Source: a virus
Taxonomy: Duplodnaviria > Heunggongvirae > Uroviricota > Caudoviricetes
Direction: 5' to 3' (one strand)
IMG/VR virus record: IMGVR_UViG_2897346870_000006
DNA length: 41,822 nt
Positions 1-10,627 of this stretch are shown piece by piece. Made by a program: the position numbers and the translations under genes. The notes below the pieces were generated by a model that had not been told where the DNA came from, searched no databases, and saw nothing but the letters and a program-made list of their open reading frames with translations. Numbering within the stretch: position 1 is the stretch's first letter; each line of letters starts with the position of its first letter.

Positions 1-294
1 TTAACGGATCAACATCCAGATCAGCAGACACGCCACCACCGGCACAGCAAAATCCATCAGGCTTGCCACATCCCACACGCGCGGATCAAAACCGCCCCAC
101 CACGGCATGTTAATCCTCTTGCCATGCCCAAACATTTCAATCCAGCGATATTCTGCCTGGGTGTGTTCACGCGCAATGAAGAACGTACAACCGGCTATCG
201 CCCCGTAAGCCCAGTTCCCGGTAAAAAGACCAATCAGTAGCTGCGCAGCCACAGCACAAAGCGCATGAAGGAAAGGTGTTATATCCATTTTCAT
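1..294 (-). CDS. Hypothetical small inner-membrane protein (about 95-98 aa)
   Basis: Hydrophobic segments (LHALCAVAAQLLIGLF, FAVPVVACLLIWMLI); the ORF track starts at an apparent TTG at 303, but ATG codons at 294 and 288 are preceded by GGGTAGG. Stop codon at window positions 1-3. Confidence 0.45.
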   Translation of the reverse strand: MKMDITPFLHALCAVAAQLLIGLFTGNWAYGAIAGCTFFIAREHTQAEYRWIEMFGHGKRINMPWWGGFDPRVWDVASLMDFAVPVVACLLIWMLIR

Positions 295-303
295 CCTACC
301 CAA

Positions 304-324
304 TAAAACGGGGCGCTCGGCCCC
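304..324 (-). terminator. Putative intrinsic terminator downstream of the tail fibre gene
   Basis: Hairpin GGGGC-gctcg-GCCCC (310-324) followed on the minus strand by TTTTATT. Confidence 0.4.
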
Positions 325-330
325 TTGATA

Positions 331-1371
331 TTATTTAGACGCAAGCGCCGCCTCAATTGCAGATAATCTTTGTCTTAATTCTGCGTTTTCTTCTTCCAGT
401 GCTGTTATTCTGTCGTCTGACTCTCTGGCTACCTGAACAAGCAAGCCAGTAACACCAGAATAATCTACTGTGTAATAACGTTCACCTTCTTCACCTTCCG
501 ATCCGCTTGCACCGTCCTGATATTTCATTGCGGAACCTACAACTTCTGGGATTGCTTCCAGAGCTTCCTGTGCAATGACACCAGCATAGGGCATACCGTT
601 TTCTTTAAGCGTGTATGTATAGCCGTTCATTTTACGGATGCGGTCGGTTGCATTATCGATCACCTGAATGTTGTCTTTCAGATCCCGGTCGGAATGCTGG
701 TTAAATGCGGTGGCATGACATGCACCATTAACGCTTAACATATAGGTGTTATCGGTATTTTTCTGCGCATAGAACATATAAGCGCCACCATCAGCACCAA
801 CTTCATATACAACCGGACGGGTAGAGTTACCCCACAAACTAGTAGTAGCGCCAGAATGAGCGGTTCCCTGTGTGTTGATTGTCATGGTTGACCCATGATT
901 GGCATATTTGATTTGTAATGTGTCTGTGCAGTCAAACTTAATAAGCGCGTTACTTCCCCGCACACCATACGACATGAGACAGTTCCCCATCTTAAGGTAA
1001 CCATCACTGCCTGGAAAAATTAATGTTCCACCGTAAAGATCGCTAAAATCCCAAAAGATACCTTTTGTTCCATTGTGTGTGACAATCCTTGTCATTGTAT
1101 CTTTTGTACCGTCAATATTTTTTCTAGTGTACATCTCACTATAAGCGTTTTCGGTTTCTCCTGTCTTATTTGACAAGTGAATCTTACCGCTAAATATAGT
1201 TCCAGTGGTCGGCAATGTCTTTTGATCATAGATTACATTGCAATAACTATTCCATGTTGTTTTATTGTCTACATATGATTTTGTTGCGTAGCTTCCTTGA
1301 TCGTTTTTTAATTTGCTAACGTCGGATTTTAGCGTTTTGATGTCTTCAGGAATTACTGTCGATGTAGCCAT
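331..1371 (-). CDS. Tail fibre/tailspike-like protein with C-terminal intramolecular chaperone (peptidase S74-like) domain
   Basis: 346-aa ORF; C-terminal SDRDLKDNI ... YAGVIAQEALEAIPEVV ... YTVDYSGVTGLLVQVARE ... ITALEEENAELRQRL resembles the auto-cleaving chaperone domain of endosialidase-type fibres; GAGGAA ribosome-binding site upstream. Confidence 0.6.
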   Translation of the reverse strand: MATSTVIPEDIKTLKSDVSKLKNDQGSYATKSYVDNKTTWNSYCNVIYDQKTLPTTGTIFSGKIHLSNKTGETENAYSEMYTRKNIDGTKDTMTRIVTHNGTKGIFWDFSDLYGGTLIFPGSDGYLKMGNCLMSYGVRGSNALIKFDCTDTLQIKYANHGSTMTINTQGTAHSGATTSLWGNSTRPVVYEVGADGGAYMFYAQKNTDNTYMLSVNGACHATAFNQHSDRDLKDNIQVIDNATDRIRKMNGYTYTLKENGMPYAGVIAQEALEAIPEVVGSAMKYQDGASGSEGEEGERYYTVDYSGVTGLLVQVARESDDRITALEEENAELRQRLSAIEAALASK

Positions 1372-1380
1372 TTTTCTTCC

Positions 1381-1662
1381 TCACATCCAGCCACGAAGTT
1401 GATGCTCAACAGCAACCACGTATTCATCGAATATTGACGATTTTTTTGCATCATTAATGATGCGCACGTTTACAAAATATCCGTCTTCCTTAACACATAC
1501 CGGCTCGCCATCTTCGGTAAGTTCTCCGGTTTCTTTGTACACGTTACCTATCACGTCAATAAGAATATCATCCTGCATCGACTCGTCATCATAATAGCCG
1601 GCACTCTCCATAAAGGCCGAAAAGTCGGCCCTGTCGGCAAATTTGAGTGTTAAATCTTTCAT
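1381..1662 (-). CDS. Hypothetical acidic protein (93 aa), tail-fibre associated by position
   Basis: Start codon overlaps the stf stop (TAATG coupling); no family recognised. Confidence 0.45.
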   Translation of the reverse strand: MKDLTLKFADRADFSAFMESAGYYDDESMQDDILIDVIGNVYKETGELTEDGEPVCVKEDGYFVNVRIINDAKKSSIFDEYVVAVEHQLRGWM

Positions 1663-4046
1663 TAGATTGACTCCCCCACCTGAGCATCAGTCAATGCCTT
1701 GTGCCATATTCTGAAATTCCTGACATGACCAAATAAATGACGCAACCCGGCTGTAGTCTGGCCTCCAATACGGATAATTGCGGTGTTCTGAATATAGGAC
1801 CATGTGGCTTTCTTTTCGCTGGATATACGCCCGTTACTTACTGAGCACGTAGACTGCTCTGACTTTACACGCATCCCCATAACCATTTTTTCAAGCGATG
1901 CGTTTTCGTTTACCCGTCTGTTAGCCAAACCTATATCGCAATAAGGAAATCCGTCGTAATCTGTTGAACGACCGAAGCCAAGAATAATAGCCGCTCCGGT
2001 TTGATGACCGCCGGTATCAAAAACACGCGGTGCTGCATTTGGCGTTTTATACCAGTTCTTATGTACCTCACAAAGAACTGTAAAAGGAAGATTATAAAGG
2101 TTATTCTTGATTGGGACTGTCACCATATCGCTTGCGCGAGTGCTTGCAATTATATCAGTTACAATAAATGACGAAGCACTTGATCCACCTTCCACTTGTG
2201 GAGTTGCGATATCCAGATAGTCTCCAGATGCTGTGCCTGAACCTTTTACTGGAGCATATTGAACCATCGCACCAATCATGCTCTCTGTATCTAGTGCATT
2301 AATTGTAGCCTGATAGAAAATCCAACCAGTAGCCTCATCTTTTACAGCCTTTGCAATAATACGATTTGCTGCACCACCAGTCTTATCAATTACAAGTGTT
2401 GATAAATTGAGGTAAGCATCTCCCAAAAAAGTGTAAGTAGAACCATCATGATGTTCAAATCTTAAACGACACCTTATATTTTCAACATCACTTCTGACAC
2501 GGCATGAAATGGTCACATATTTTTCATCACCTGTGACATCAAATCCTTTACTGCCAGAAACCGTTACGATATTAATCGCACTTGTCTGATCAATAAGAGT
2601 ATCTTTTACAGTAAATCTCCCATAAGTAAAATTAAAAGAATCCGTGGATATTTCTGTGAGTTCCAGATTGCCTGACTTATTCCATTTAGATGGATTTGTT
2701 GAATTAAGCAGAAGATTAGTTCTTTGCCCCTCAATAAGCAGGCCATCACGTTCAAATCGCGGCTCGTCAATGGCAGCCTCTGTCAGTACACCAGATTTAT
2801 TAATATAGGTTGCTTTCGATGCGCGTTTAAACTTAACAACCTTGTCACCAGGCATCGTTATTTCGTCGTCGCCAATAACAATCTTTTTATATGATGGCGA
2901 AAAGCCCGTAATCATATCCAGTGAATCGTTAAACGGTATCCACACATCGGGAAGCGGCTGCAAAACTTGTTTATACGGCTCCGCAGCCTGGCTTGCATAC
3001 TCTCTGGCTGCGTCTTCACTTGCTTTTGCAGCCGTCTGGCTTGCAGCGGATGCTTTCGCCGAGTTAGCCGCCGCAGTCTCGCTCGCCTTTGCGTTGGTTT
3101 CACTGGTTTTTGCAGCTTTTTGACTGTTGGCTGATGCAGTGGCAGAAGAAGCCGCCGCACTTGCAGAACCAGCTGCGGCACTCTCGCTTTGGGCTGCAGC
3201 ATCCTGACTGTTTTTCGCCGCAGTTTCACTGGCTTTGGCATTCGTTTCGCTGGTCTTCGCTGCCGTCTGGCTGGACTTTGCGTTAGTTTCACTCGTCTTC
3301 GCAGCTTTCTGGCTGTTAGCCGCAGCAGTTGCTGATCCAGCTGCTGAAGTCGCAGAACCAGCTGCCGCGCTCTCGCTTTGGGCTGCTGCAACCTGGCTGT
3401 TTTTTGCCGCAGTTTCACTGGCTTTGGCATTCGTTTCGCTGGTCTTCGCTGCCGTCTGGCTGGACTTTGCGTTGGTTTCGCTCGTCTTTGCGGCTGTCTC
3501 GCTGTTTTTCGCGTTGGTTTCTGATTTTTTGGCTGCTGTCGCGGAGTTTGCCGATGCAGTCTGTGAGGTCGCTGCCGCCTGTGCGCTGTTAGCTGCATTC
3601 GTTTCTGAGGTTTTCGCCGCGTTCTTCGATGATGCCGCTGCAGTTTCGGATTTCTTTGCCGCCGCTGCGCTCTGAGAGGCGGCTTCGGCGTTGCGTGCCG
3701 CTTCTTCCACCATTTCCTCAAAACGGCGCAATGCCTCCGGCATGACATCATCTTCCGTCATGGCACCGAGAAAATCATTCAGCGTACCTGGTCTGGAACC
3801 TTCATAGACGGTAATGGTCCCGGCATGTGAAGGCGGAAAACCTTCAACCAGCAGGGTGACGCTGTACTGGCCATACTCAACATCCATGCTGTAACGTCCG
3901 GCTTCATCCGGATTTTCAGAAGCCACCGTGTTCACCAGTACCGTGGTGCTGTTACGCTTTGCCTTCAGTTGAATAGTGCAGTTCTGTATTGGTTTTCCCG
4001 CACCATCTTTCAGCACACCTGAGATTTTTACTGCTGCCATATCCAC
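1662..4046 (-). CDS. stf: Side tail fibre protein (Stf-like), 794 aa
   Basis: N-terminus AVKISGVLKDGAGKPIQNCTIQLKAKRNSTT ... EAGRYSMDVEYGQYSV ... FPPSHAGTITVYE matches lambda Stf; long Ala/Ser/Thr-rich repetitive shaft and a divergent C-terminal domain. Confidence 0.85.
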   Translation of the reverse strand: MDMAAVKISGVLKDGAGKPIQNCTIQLKAKRNSTTVLVNTVASENPDEAGRYSMDVEYGQYSVTLLVEGFPPSHAGTITVYEGSRPGTLNDFLGAMTEDDVMPEALRRFEEMVEEAARNAEAASQSAAAAKKSETAAASSKNAAKTSETNAANSAQAAATSQTASANSATAAKKSETNAKNSETAAKTSETNAKSSQTAAKTSETNAKASETAAKNSQVAAAQSESAAAGSATSAAGSATAAANSQKAAKTSETNAKSSQTAAKTSETNAKASETAAKNSQDAAAQSESAAAGSASAAASSATASANSQKAAKTSETNAKASETAAANSAKASAASQTAAKASEDAAREYASQAAEPYKQVLQPLPDVWIPFNDSLDMITGFSPSYKKIVIGDDEITMPGDKVVKFKRASKATYINKSGVLTEAAIDEPRFERDGLLIEGQRTNLLLNSTNPSKWNKSGNLELTEISTDSFNFTYGRFTVKDTLIDQTSAINIVTVSGSKGFDVTGDEKYVTISCRVRSDVENIRCRLRFEHHDGSTYTFLGDAYLNLSTLVIDKTGGAANRIIAKAVKDEATGWIFYQATINALDTESMIGAMVQYAPVKGSGTASGDYLDIATPQVEGGSSASSFIVTDIIASTRASDMVTVPIKNNLYNLPFTVLCEVHKNWYKTPNAAPRVFDTGGHQTGAAIILGFGRSTDYDGFPYCDIGLANRRVNENASLEKMVMGMRVKSEQSTCSVSNGRISSEKKATWSYIQNTAIIRIGGQTTAGLRHLFGHVRNFRIWHKALTDAQVGESI
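3119..3490. repeat. Tandem duplication of about 186 bp (62 codons) inside the stf shaft
   Basis: Near-identical DNA blocks, e.g. ctcgctttgggctgc...gcagtttcactggctttggcattcgtttcgctggtcttcgctgccgtctggctggactttgcgtt occurs at about 3182-3285 and 3370-3472; the protein repeats NSQKAAKTSETNAKSSQTAAKTSETNAKASETAAKNSQ. Confidence 0.75.
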
Positions 4047-4051
4047 TCCAC

Positions 4052-4078
4052 AAAAAAGCCCGCCTGAACCGGCGGGCT
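4052..4078 (-). terminator. Putative intrinsic terminator downstream of lom
   Basis: Hairpin AGCCCGCC-tgaacc-GGCGGGCT followed on the minus strand by TTTTTTG. Confidence 0.5.
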
Positions 4079-4104
4079 GTCATAACACTGTGTTACCTGG
4101 CTAA

Positions 4105-4704
4105 TCAGAATTTATAACCGACACCCACGATGAAACCGTCAGTGCGCCAGTCACCACTGCCGGAGCCTTCATAAGCAATATCAATGGCCACGGATTCGGT
4201 CGGGTTAAACTGCACGCCAGCCCCCCACGCCAGAGACGTGTTGCTGTGGCGACCGTCATCACTTCCGGTCAGCACATCGTGCGTTTTCCCCTTGCTGTCA
4301 GTTACGCGGAGATAATCCCCGGAAAAAGTCGAAACACGGCTGTAAGCCACACCTGCCATCGCATAAGCACTGAACCATTCATTCACGCGTACAGATGGCC
4401 CCGCCATCATGCTGAACCAGCGGTTACGCACGGAATCTTCATGCCAGCGGGTATCGCTGTAATGCGTTTTTTGCTCATCTTTGGCATTGGCATAACTGAA
4501 TGACGTCACCAGCCCCAGCGTGTCCGTAAATTCATAACGGTATTTCACGTTAATGCCCTTCAGGTCATCACTGCCTGGCATATCAGTATGGGTCTGAAGA
4601 TACCCGGCGCTTAGTGTGGACTGATGCTCTGCTGCGCTCGCTGGCGTACCAGCGGCGACCAGCCAGACTACTGTGGACAGAATAACAGCACATAATTTAC
4701 GCAT
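4105..4704 (-). CDS. lom: Outer-membrane protein Lom (Ail/Lom family)
   Basis: 199 aa, N-terminal signal peptide MRKLCAVILSTVVWLVAAGTPASA, beta-barrel-like composition ending GYKF; located directly after J as in lambda. Confidence 0.9.
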   Translation of the reverse strand: MRKLCAVILSTVVWLVAAGTPASAAEHQSTLSAGYLQTHTDMPGSDDLKGINVKYRYEFTDTLGLVTSFSYANAKDEQKTHYSDTRWHEDSVRNRWFSMMAGPSVRVNEWFSAYAMAGVAYSRVSTFSGDYLRVTDSKGKTHDVLTGSDDGRHSNTSLAWGAGVQFNPTESVAIDIAYEGSGSGDWRTDGFIVGVGYKF

Positions 4705-4727
4705 AATTACCTCTCGCTTTTCTGCAA

Positions 4728-4752
4728 TAAAAAAGGCGCCATTTCTGGCGCC
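4728..4752 (-). terminator. Putative intrinsic terminator between J and lom
   Basis: Hairpin GGCGCCA-tttc-TGGCGCC followed on the minus strand by TTTTTTATT. Confidence 0.5.
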
Positions 4753-4771
4753 CGTATCTGGGTTATAAAAT

Positions 4772-7700
4772 TCAGCTAATCGTGATGCCTGCAGTGGCTT
4801 TCTTCATCACAACAACCAGCAAATCGCTGATACTTGCTGTGGGATACCAGCCATTTACCAGCCATGCTGACACCGAAAACTCCAGTGTCATGTGACCGTG
4901 ACCGGCAGGCATATCAATAACGCCACTGTAAATCAGCGTATTATCCAGCGCGGTACGGTTATAAATTTCAGCACCGTTTTTCCGCACTATCAGACGGCAT
5001 GAGGAGTAAATATCAGTATGCTCTCTCTCATGCTTAGCGCCACTGAATGCCACCGCCGGAATAACAATCTGCCGGTCAAACGGCTGATCGTCATAAATCC
5101 TGACGGTAATGGTCCCTGATGGCCACCGTTCCGGTGCACGGGAGTCCCGGGGGAAAGCTTTGCCCACTGTTTTAACGAGATCGCCCTCAATCTGGTTCGC
5201 GGACAGTTTTCCCAGAACCCGGCAGTTCTCGTTAATCGTGACGTTGTTGAGCGTCCCGGAGTTCGCATTCACGTTACCGCTGATATCGGCATTTTTCGCC
5301 GTCAGCCGCCCGTCCGGTGTCAGGGAAAATGCCGGAGGATTACCGCCGCTGGTAATGGTGGGAGCCGTCAGATATTTCAGGAACACTTCGTTCATGAATA
5401 TCTGATCGCCCTGACCAACAAACATCGGCTTTGTGTTGCCATTCGCAGGATTAACCATCGCAATCCTGTCCGCCGCCAGCAGCACCTGACTCTGCATGCC
5501 GTCAGGGGTGTTCTCAATACCGGCACCAATACCCGCGATATAAAGGCGTCCGTCCTGCATCTGCTGCAGCTTCACAGCCCACATGCTGTTCAGGTTATTA
5601 TTTGTATCAACCTGAACCTTCTGTATCTGCTGAATTGCCGCACTCTGGTCTTCCAGTTTCTTATTGACGGTCTGTGTGATTTCATTGCTGACATCCGTAA
5701 TGGATGTCCTGATTTCAGCCAGGTCAGGCGCAAGCTGACCGTTATCAATCTGCGTCCACAGCTCCTGAGCCAGATGGGTTTTCCCTATCTCGCCTTTGAA
5801 AAAATCCAGATAGCCGGATGCGTCATCACTCGGCTGACCAACAGCCTCCACGAATGCCGATTTGCCAACGGTGTTCACACTGCGAACGTAAAAATAATAA
5901 TTATGGCCCGGCCTGATATTGATACTGGCGGCTATCCAGTACAGCGCCGTGCCAAGATAGCGTGCTGTGGTTTCAACCTGCCTGATATCCGCAATCCGCT
6001 TTTCCGAGAACCAGAACTCAAACTGTACCGTCGGATCATAAACCGCAAGATGCGGCGTGGCGGTTATCTGAAAATAGCCCGGCGTCAGCTCAATCCGCGA
6101 CGGCGCTGCCGGTGCGGCAATCCGGAACGATACCGACGCCGGATCGCCCTGCTGTCCCCACGCATTTACCGCCCGGACTGTCAGCCTGTAGTTTCCCAGC
6201 GCCAGCTGCGTGAAGCGGTATGTGGTTTCCGTCGTCCTGGCCGTGCTGACCAGCCGCTCACTGCCGTCATCCGCTGTCACGGTCAGACGGAGCAGGAAGC
6301 TCACGCCCTTCACCACCTTCGGTGTGTCCCAGCGCGCCAGAACCTGATATTCCCCGCTGTCTGCGGTGACTTCGGCGGTCAGGTGCTGCACCGCTGGCGG
6401 CGTGACACCATTCACCGTGCCGCTCTGGTCGCCGTCAAAGTGCGCCCCGTTATCCACGATGGCCTCTTTTTCCGGTACATGCTGCACGGCGGTGATGGCA
6501 TACGTACCGTCATCGTTCTCACGGATACTCACACAGCGGAACAGGCGCTGGCGCAGCGTCGGCAGCTTCAGCCCCCACACGCTGTATTCGGCAACGCCGT
6601 CAGGAACACGGCTCACTTTCACCTTCACGCCGTCGGTGACGGACTGGACCTCCACGCTGACCGGATTGCCATTTCCGTCAACCAGGCTTATCAGCGTGGT
6701 TCCGGAGGATGGCAGCATGATTTCACGGTCGAGCGTCAGTGTCCGGGTCTGGCTGTTTACCGCAAGCACGCGCCCGCCGACGCTGATACCCGCATAGTCA
6801 TCATCGCAGATTTCAATGACATCGCCCGGTACATGGCGAAGCCCTTCTGCGCCCACGCTGAAGTCCACAGTCTGCGTTTCCAGCAGCTCCGTTTTAATCA
6901 GCCACAGCCCGGCGCGGTGTGCCTGCCCCCGGCTGGTACAGCCAAAGGCATCCATCTTCGTGACGTTACGACCGTAACGGGCAATGGCCTGCGTGTCCTC
7001 CACAAGCTCTGTTGCCGTCTCCCAGCCGTTGTCCGGGTCAATCCAGTTCACCTCAACGGCATTATGGCGGTCCTTCAGGGCGCTGAAGCTGTAGCGGAAC
7101 GGCGCGTCATCATCCGGCATCACCACATTACTGCGGTTATAGGTCCACACCTTATCCGACGGTCGGTCCTGCACGAACGTCAGCGTCTGCCCGTTCCATA
7201 CCGGCATACAGCGCATCGCCGAGCAGAAATCACTGAGCACATCCCACGCCTTTCGCTGTGTGGTCAGGTAGGCATTACAGGTGATGCGCGGCTCCGTGCC
7301 GCCAAAACCGTCCGGCACCGACTGGTCGCAATACTGGCCGATGACATACAGCGCCCATTTGTCCACATCCGCCGCACCAAGACGTTTCCCCATGCCGTAG
7401 CGCGGATGGGTCAGCATATCCCACAGACACCATGCCATATTATTGCTGTATGCCGGTTTAAACGTCCCGTCCCAGATACCGCTGTATTGCCGCGTCTGCG
7501 GGTTATAATTCGACGGCACCTGCAGAATACGCCCGCGCAGATGATAATTACGGCTCACCTGCTGGCTGCCGAACTGCTCCGAGTCCACCTGCACGCCGAC
7601 CAGTGCCGTGTTCGGGTAGCACTGTTTCACATCGATGATTTCAGTGTATGACGACCAGAGCGTTTTGTTCTGCAGCTGGTCTGTGGTGCTGTCCGGCGTC

Positions 7701-8251
7701 ATCCTGCGCATCCGGATGTTGAACGGGCGCGGCGGCAGGTTACCCACCACCACCGAGGCCAGATACTGCGAGGTGGTTTTGCCCTTAATGGTGATGTCTT
7801 TTTCCGTCACCCAGCCACCGTTACGTTGTATCTGAACCAGCAGGCGGACTTCCGACGGATTCCTGTCACCCTTTGAGGTGGTTTCCACCAGTGCCTGTAC
7901 ACCGAAGGTAAAGCGCAGACGGTCGATGTTTGCCGACGTAATGGTGCGGGTGATCGGCGTGTCATATTTCACTTCCGTACCCAGCACCGTCTCGGAGCCG
8001 GAGGATTCAAATCCCTCCGGCGGTGACTGCTCCTGCTCACCTGCCCGGAACACCACCGTGACGCCGGATATATTGGTATTCCCCTCACTGTCCAGCACCG
8101 GCGTACTGTTCAGCAGCACGCTTTTTAATCCATCCACCGGACCTTCAATCGGCCCTTCGCTGATGGCATCAATCACACTCAGCAGCTGCGTGGATTTCAG
8201 GTTGTCCTTCGCTTCGCGCGGGGTATGCCCCTTACTGCTGCCTTTACCCAT
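4772..8251 (-). CDS. J: Tail tip host-specificity protein J (central fibre)
   Basis: 1159-aa ORF in the lambda J position, N-terminus [26 protein letters not shown]. Confidence 0.95.
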   Translation of the reverse strand: MGKGSSKGHTPREAKDNLKSTQLLSVIDAISEGPIEGPVDGLKSVLLNSTPVLDSEGNTNISGVTVVFRAGEQEQSPPEGFESSGSETVLGTEVKYDTPITRTITSANIDRLRFTFGVQALVETTSKGDRNPSEVRLLVQIQRNGGWVTEKDITIKGKTTSQYLASVVVGNLPPRPFNIRMRRMTPDSTTDQLQNKTLWSSYTEIIDVKQCYPNTALVGVQVDSEQFGSQQVSRNYHLRGRILQVPSNYNPQTRQYSGIWDGTFKPAYSNNMAWCLWDMLTHPRYGMGKRLGAADVDKWALYVIGQYCDQSVPDGFGGTEPRITCNAYLTTQRKAWDVLSDFCSAMRCMPVWNGQTLTFVQDRPSDKVWTYNRSNVVMPDDDAPFRYSFSALKDRHNAVEVNWIDPDNGWETATELVEDTQAIARYGRNVTKMDAFGCTSRGQAHRAGLWLIKTELLETQTVDFSVGAEGLRHVPGDVIEICDDDYAGISVGGRVLAVNSQTRTLTLDREIMLPSSGTTLISLVDGNGNPVSVEVQSVTDGVKVKVSRVPDGVAEYSVWGLKLPTLRQRLFRCVSIRENDDGTYAITAVQHVPEKEAIVDNGAHFDGDQSGTVNGVTPPAVQHLTAEVTADSGEYQVLARWDTPKVVKGVSFLLRLTVTADDGSERLVSTARTTETTYRFTQLALGNYRLTVRAVNAWGQQGDPASVSFRIAAPAAPSRIELTPGYFQITATPHLAVYDPTVQFEFWFSEKRIADIRQVETTARYLGTALYWIAASINIRPGHNYYFYVRSVNTVGKSAFVEAVGQPSDDASGYLDFFKGEIGKTHLAQELWTQIDNGQLAPDLAEIRTSITDVSNEITQTVNKKLEDQSAAIQQIQKVQVDTNNNLNSMWAVKLQQMQDGRLYIAGIGAGIENTPDGMQSQVLLAADRIAMVNPANGNTKPMFVGQGDQIFMNEVFLKYLTAPTITSGGNPPAFSLTPDGRLTAKNADISGNVNANSGTLNNVTINENCRVLGKLSANQIEGDLVKTVGKAFPRDSRAPERWPSGTITVRIYDDQPFDRQIVIPAVAFSGAKHEREHTDIYSSCRLIVRKNGAEIYNRTALDNTLIYSGVIDMPAGHGHMTLEFSVSAWLVNGWYPTASISDLLVVVMKKATAGITIS

Positions 8252-8311
8252 TCGTCATGCTCCATAAACGATAAAACCGCCCGGAGGCGGTTTCACATAA
8301 AACGTTTTTCA

Positions 8312-8953
8312 TCAGCGACCAATCACCACAACCTGACCACCATCACCTTCATCTGCTGTGCTGATCTCCTGAGATACCACACGTGATCCCACGCGCATTT
8401 CACCGTACAGAACGGGCAGAACATTGCCCTGGGCAACCATATTATCCAGTGAAGAAAAATAGGTGTTCTGTTTGCCGTTATCCGTTGTCTGTGTGCGGGG
8501 GGTTTTGGGTTTAGGGGCCAGCATCTGTGCAACACCGCCAAGCGTCATACTGGCACCGAGAGAAAACAGCAGATTACTCGCCATAATTCCTACCCCCGGC
8601 ATCCATATAGCAACCGCCATAACAGCCGCCCCCAGCACAGCCTGAAACACACCGCCACTTTTGGCTCCTGCCAGACGCGGCACGATATGGATCACAGCAC
8701 CATTTGCCAGCGGTTCATTAAGACGGGCTGATAATTCCGTTTCACCTGTATCACGCCCGGCAATGCGTACCTGATACCAGCCGTCGCTCAGCTTCTGACG
8801 AAACGCCGGGATCTGCATGGCCAGCGCCCGGATGGCTTCGGCCCCCGTTTTCACACGCAGATCGATGCGGCGGACAAATCGTTGTAAATCCCCGTAAAGG
8901 CAGATGCGTGCCATGCCTGGTGACGCCAGAGGGAGTGTGTGCGTCGCTGCCAT
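8312..8953 (-). CDS. I: Tail assembly protein I
   Basis: 213 aa, MAATHTLPLASPGMARICLYGDLQRF... as lambda gpI, with a hydrophobic central segment. Confidence 0.9.
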   Translation of the reverse strand: MAATHTLPLASPGMARICLYGDLQRFVRRIDLRVKTGAEAIRALAMQIPAFRQKLSDGWYQVRIAGRDTGETELSARLNEPLANGAVIHIVPRLAGAKSGGVFQAVLGAAVMAVAIWMPGVGIMASNLLFSLGASMTLGGVAQMLAPKPKTPRTQTTDNGKQNTYFSSLDNMVAQGNVLPVLYGEMRVGSRVVSQEISTADEGDGGQVVVIGR

Positions 8954-9594
8954 TTGTCGGTATACCTCTCTCGTTTGCTCAGTTGTTCAGGAATATGGTG
9001 CAGCAGCTCGCCGTCACCACAGTAAATGGCGGCATGATTCGGCACCGATGAACCAAAACAGCACAGCAGCACATCGCCCGGCTGCGCCGCTGACAACGGC
9101 ACCTGATACAGCCCTGTGGCCTCCAGATTATCCAGATAGAGATTCTGACCTGATTTCCACCAGTCATCATGTCGGTAAAAATCCGGCAAATCGATACCTG
9201 CAAGATGATAGGCATCCCGGAACAGCGTATAACAGTCCGTCACCCCGTGCTCAAAGCGCCGCCCGGTGAGATGCGGCACACAGCGGAACTTGTGAATCGC
9301 CCCCCGGCAGACCAGCCACCACGGCAAATCACTCTGCACCTGCAGCCGCCGGTCAGCCTCACTCAGCCAGGGCAGACCACCGGGATGACTGTGGACCAGT
9401 GCCACAATCTCACCCTGCATCTCTGCCTGCAGCCAGTCCTCCGGAGCCATCCGGAAATAATCCTCCGGCTCACCGGAAATATTCACGCAGGGAAAATATC
9501 GTTCCCCCTCCGGCGCTCTCACCACGAAGCCGCACGACTCCGCTGGCGCACATCGCCGGGCGTGCGCCAGAATCGCTGATTCTGTCTCTGTCAT
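8851..9594 (-). CDS. K: Tail tip assembly protein K (JAB/MPN plus NlpC/P60-like)
   Basis: MTETESAILAHARRCAPAESCGFVV... with an HSHP metalloprotease-like motif and a later Cys/His pair; overlaps I by 103 bp, so the exact end or length is uncertain. Confidence 0.8.
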   Translation of the reverse strand: MTETESAILAHARRCAPAESCGFVVRAPEGERYFPCVNISGEPEDYFRMAPEDWLQAEMQGEIVALVHSHPGGLPWLSEADRRLQVQSDLPWWLVCRGAIHKFRCVPHLTGRRFEHGVTDCYTLFRDAYHLAGIDLPDFYRHDDWWKSGQNLYLDNLEATGLYQVPLSAAQPGDVLLCCFGSSVPNHAAIYCGDGELLHHIPEQLSKRERYTDKWQRRTHSLWRHQAWHASAFTGIYNDLSAASICV

Positions 9595-9599
9595 GGGAT

Positions 9600-10298
9600 T
9601 TACTGCGAAAGTTTGTTAATGGAAAGGAAGCCGCCAAAGTTGCCGACGTTATTGCGAAACTTACAGCCGCTCAGGCATTTGCTGCATTTATCCTTCGTGA
9701 TATCGGACGTTGGCTGGTCATATTCATCCGCGACAGCCGGACCGTGATAACCGCACTCATCACCGCGATAGGTCCAGGTGCAGGTGTTGGCCAGCATGAT
9801 ACGTCCCGGAAAAACAGCGCCGTCCGTTTCCGTCGGCGTGGACAGTACAAAGGAGGCACTCACCGCGCTCAGTTCGCTGCACTGCTCGATGCGCCAGCGG
9901 CTGATCACCTCCTGCTCCGGATCGGCGTCACTGTTTCCGTTGACGAAGTTCACCGCATCCAGAAAACGGGCGTAAACCTTACGCCGGACCACCGTTCCGC
10001 CGACCAGACTCTGCAGATCTTCCGCCATCCCGGTGACCATACCGTACAGGTTAGAAACCGTCAGCGTGGGGCGCGTACTGGTGCCTTTGCCATTCAGTTC
10101 AAAACCACTCCCCTGAATGGGATACGGCTGATACTGTCGCCCCTGCCAGGTGACCGGCTCACCTTTTTCGTTCTGCTCATTACAGAAAAAATAACGTTCT
10201 CCACCGACCTCTGTCAGGTCGATTTCCCAGAGCACCACGCTGGCCGACTGCTCCGCACGGGTGCATTCATTCAGTGTTTCCTGCCGGATATCCTGCAT
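9600..10298 (-). CDS. L: Tail tip protein L
   Basis: 232 aa, MQDIRQETLNECTRAEQSASVVLWEIDLTEVGGERYFFCNEQNEKGE..., C-terminal cysteine cluster. Confidence 0.9.
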   Translation of the reverse strand: MQDIRQETLNECTRAEQSASVVLWEIDLTEVGGERYFFCNEQNEKGEPVTWQGRQYQPYPIQGSGFELNGKGTSTRPTLTVSNLYGMVTGMAEDLQSLVGGTVVRRKVYARFLDAVNFVNGNSDADPEQEVISRWRIEQCSELSAVSASFVLSTPTETDGAVFPGRIMLANTCTWTYRGDECGYHGPAVADEYDQPTSDITKDKCSKCLSGCKFRNNVGNFGGFLSINKLSQ

Positions 10299-10627
10299 CA
10301 GTTCACCACCTGTTCAAACTCTGCGCTGAACTCAACACGCAGCATACTGACCCGCGACGACCATTTTGCGCAGGTCACCTTTATCTGCCGCCACTCATAA
10401 GGCGGCGTCCACAGAAAGGCTTTCCAGCCCCCGTGCTCTTCCAGAAACGACTCCAGTACCGTGGCCTCCCAACGGGGGACAGAAAGCGTCACGCTGTACG
10501 TTTTCAGGTTGGCATTCAGCCCGGCAGGCGCTCGCTGGGAATAGCCATCACCAAAGCGCACCTTTCTTACAGAAGGGGCCGAAGCCACATCCATACCGGG
10601 TTTCACTTTCCAGCGGAAGGTTTTCAT
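10298..10627 (-). CDS. M: Tail tip protein M
   Basis: 109 aa, MKTFRWKVKPGMDVASAPSVRKVRFGDGYSQRAPAGLNANLKTYSV... Confidence 0.9.
   Translation of the reverse strand: MKTFRWKVKPGMDVASAPSVRKVRFGDGYSQRAPAGLNANLKTYSVTLSVPRWEATVLESFLEEHGGWKAFLWTPPYEWRQIKVTCAKWSSRVSMLRVEFSAEFEQVVN

Noticed and set aside
2842-3751. Several ORFs (93 to 279 aa) on both strands inside stf
   Set aside because: They lie within the repetitive Ala/Ser/Thr-coding shaft of stf and translate to low-complexity or arginine/proline-rich sequence; they are frame artefacts of the repeat.
5774-7651. 625-aa plus-strand ORF antisense to J
   Set aside because: Arginine/proline/histidine-rich translation typical of the reverse strand of a GC-rich gene; it is entirely contained in the well-supported J gene.
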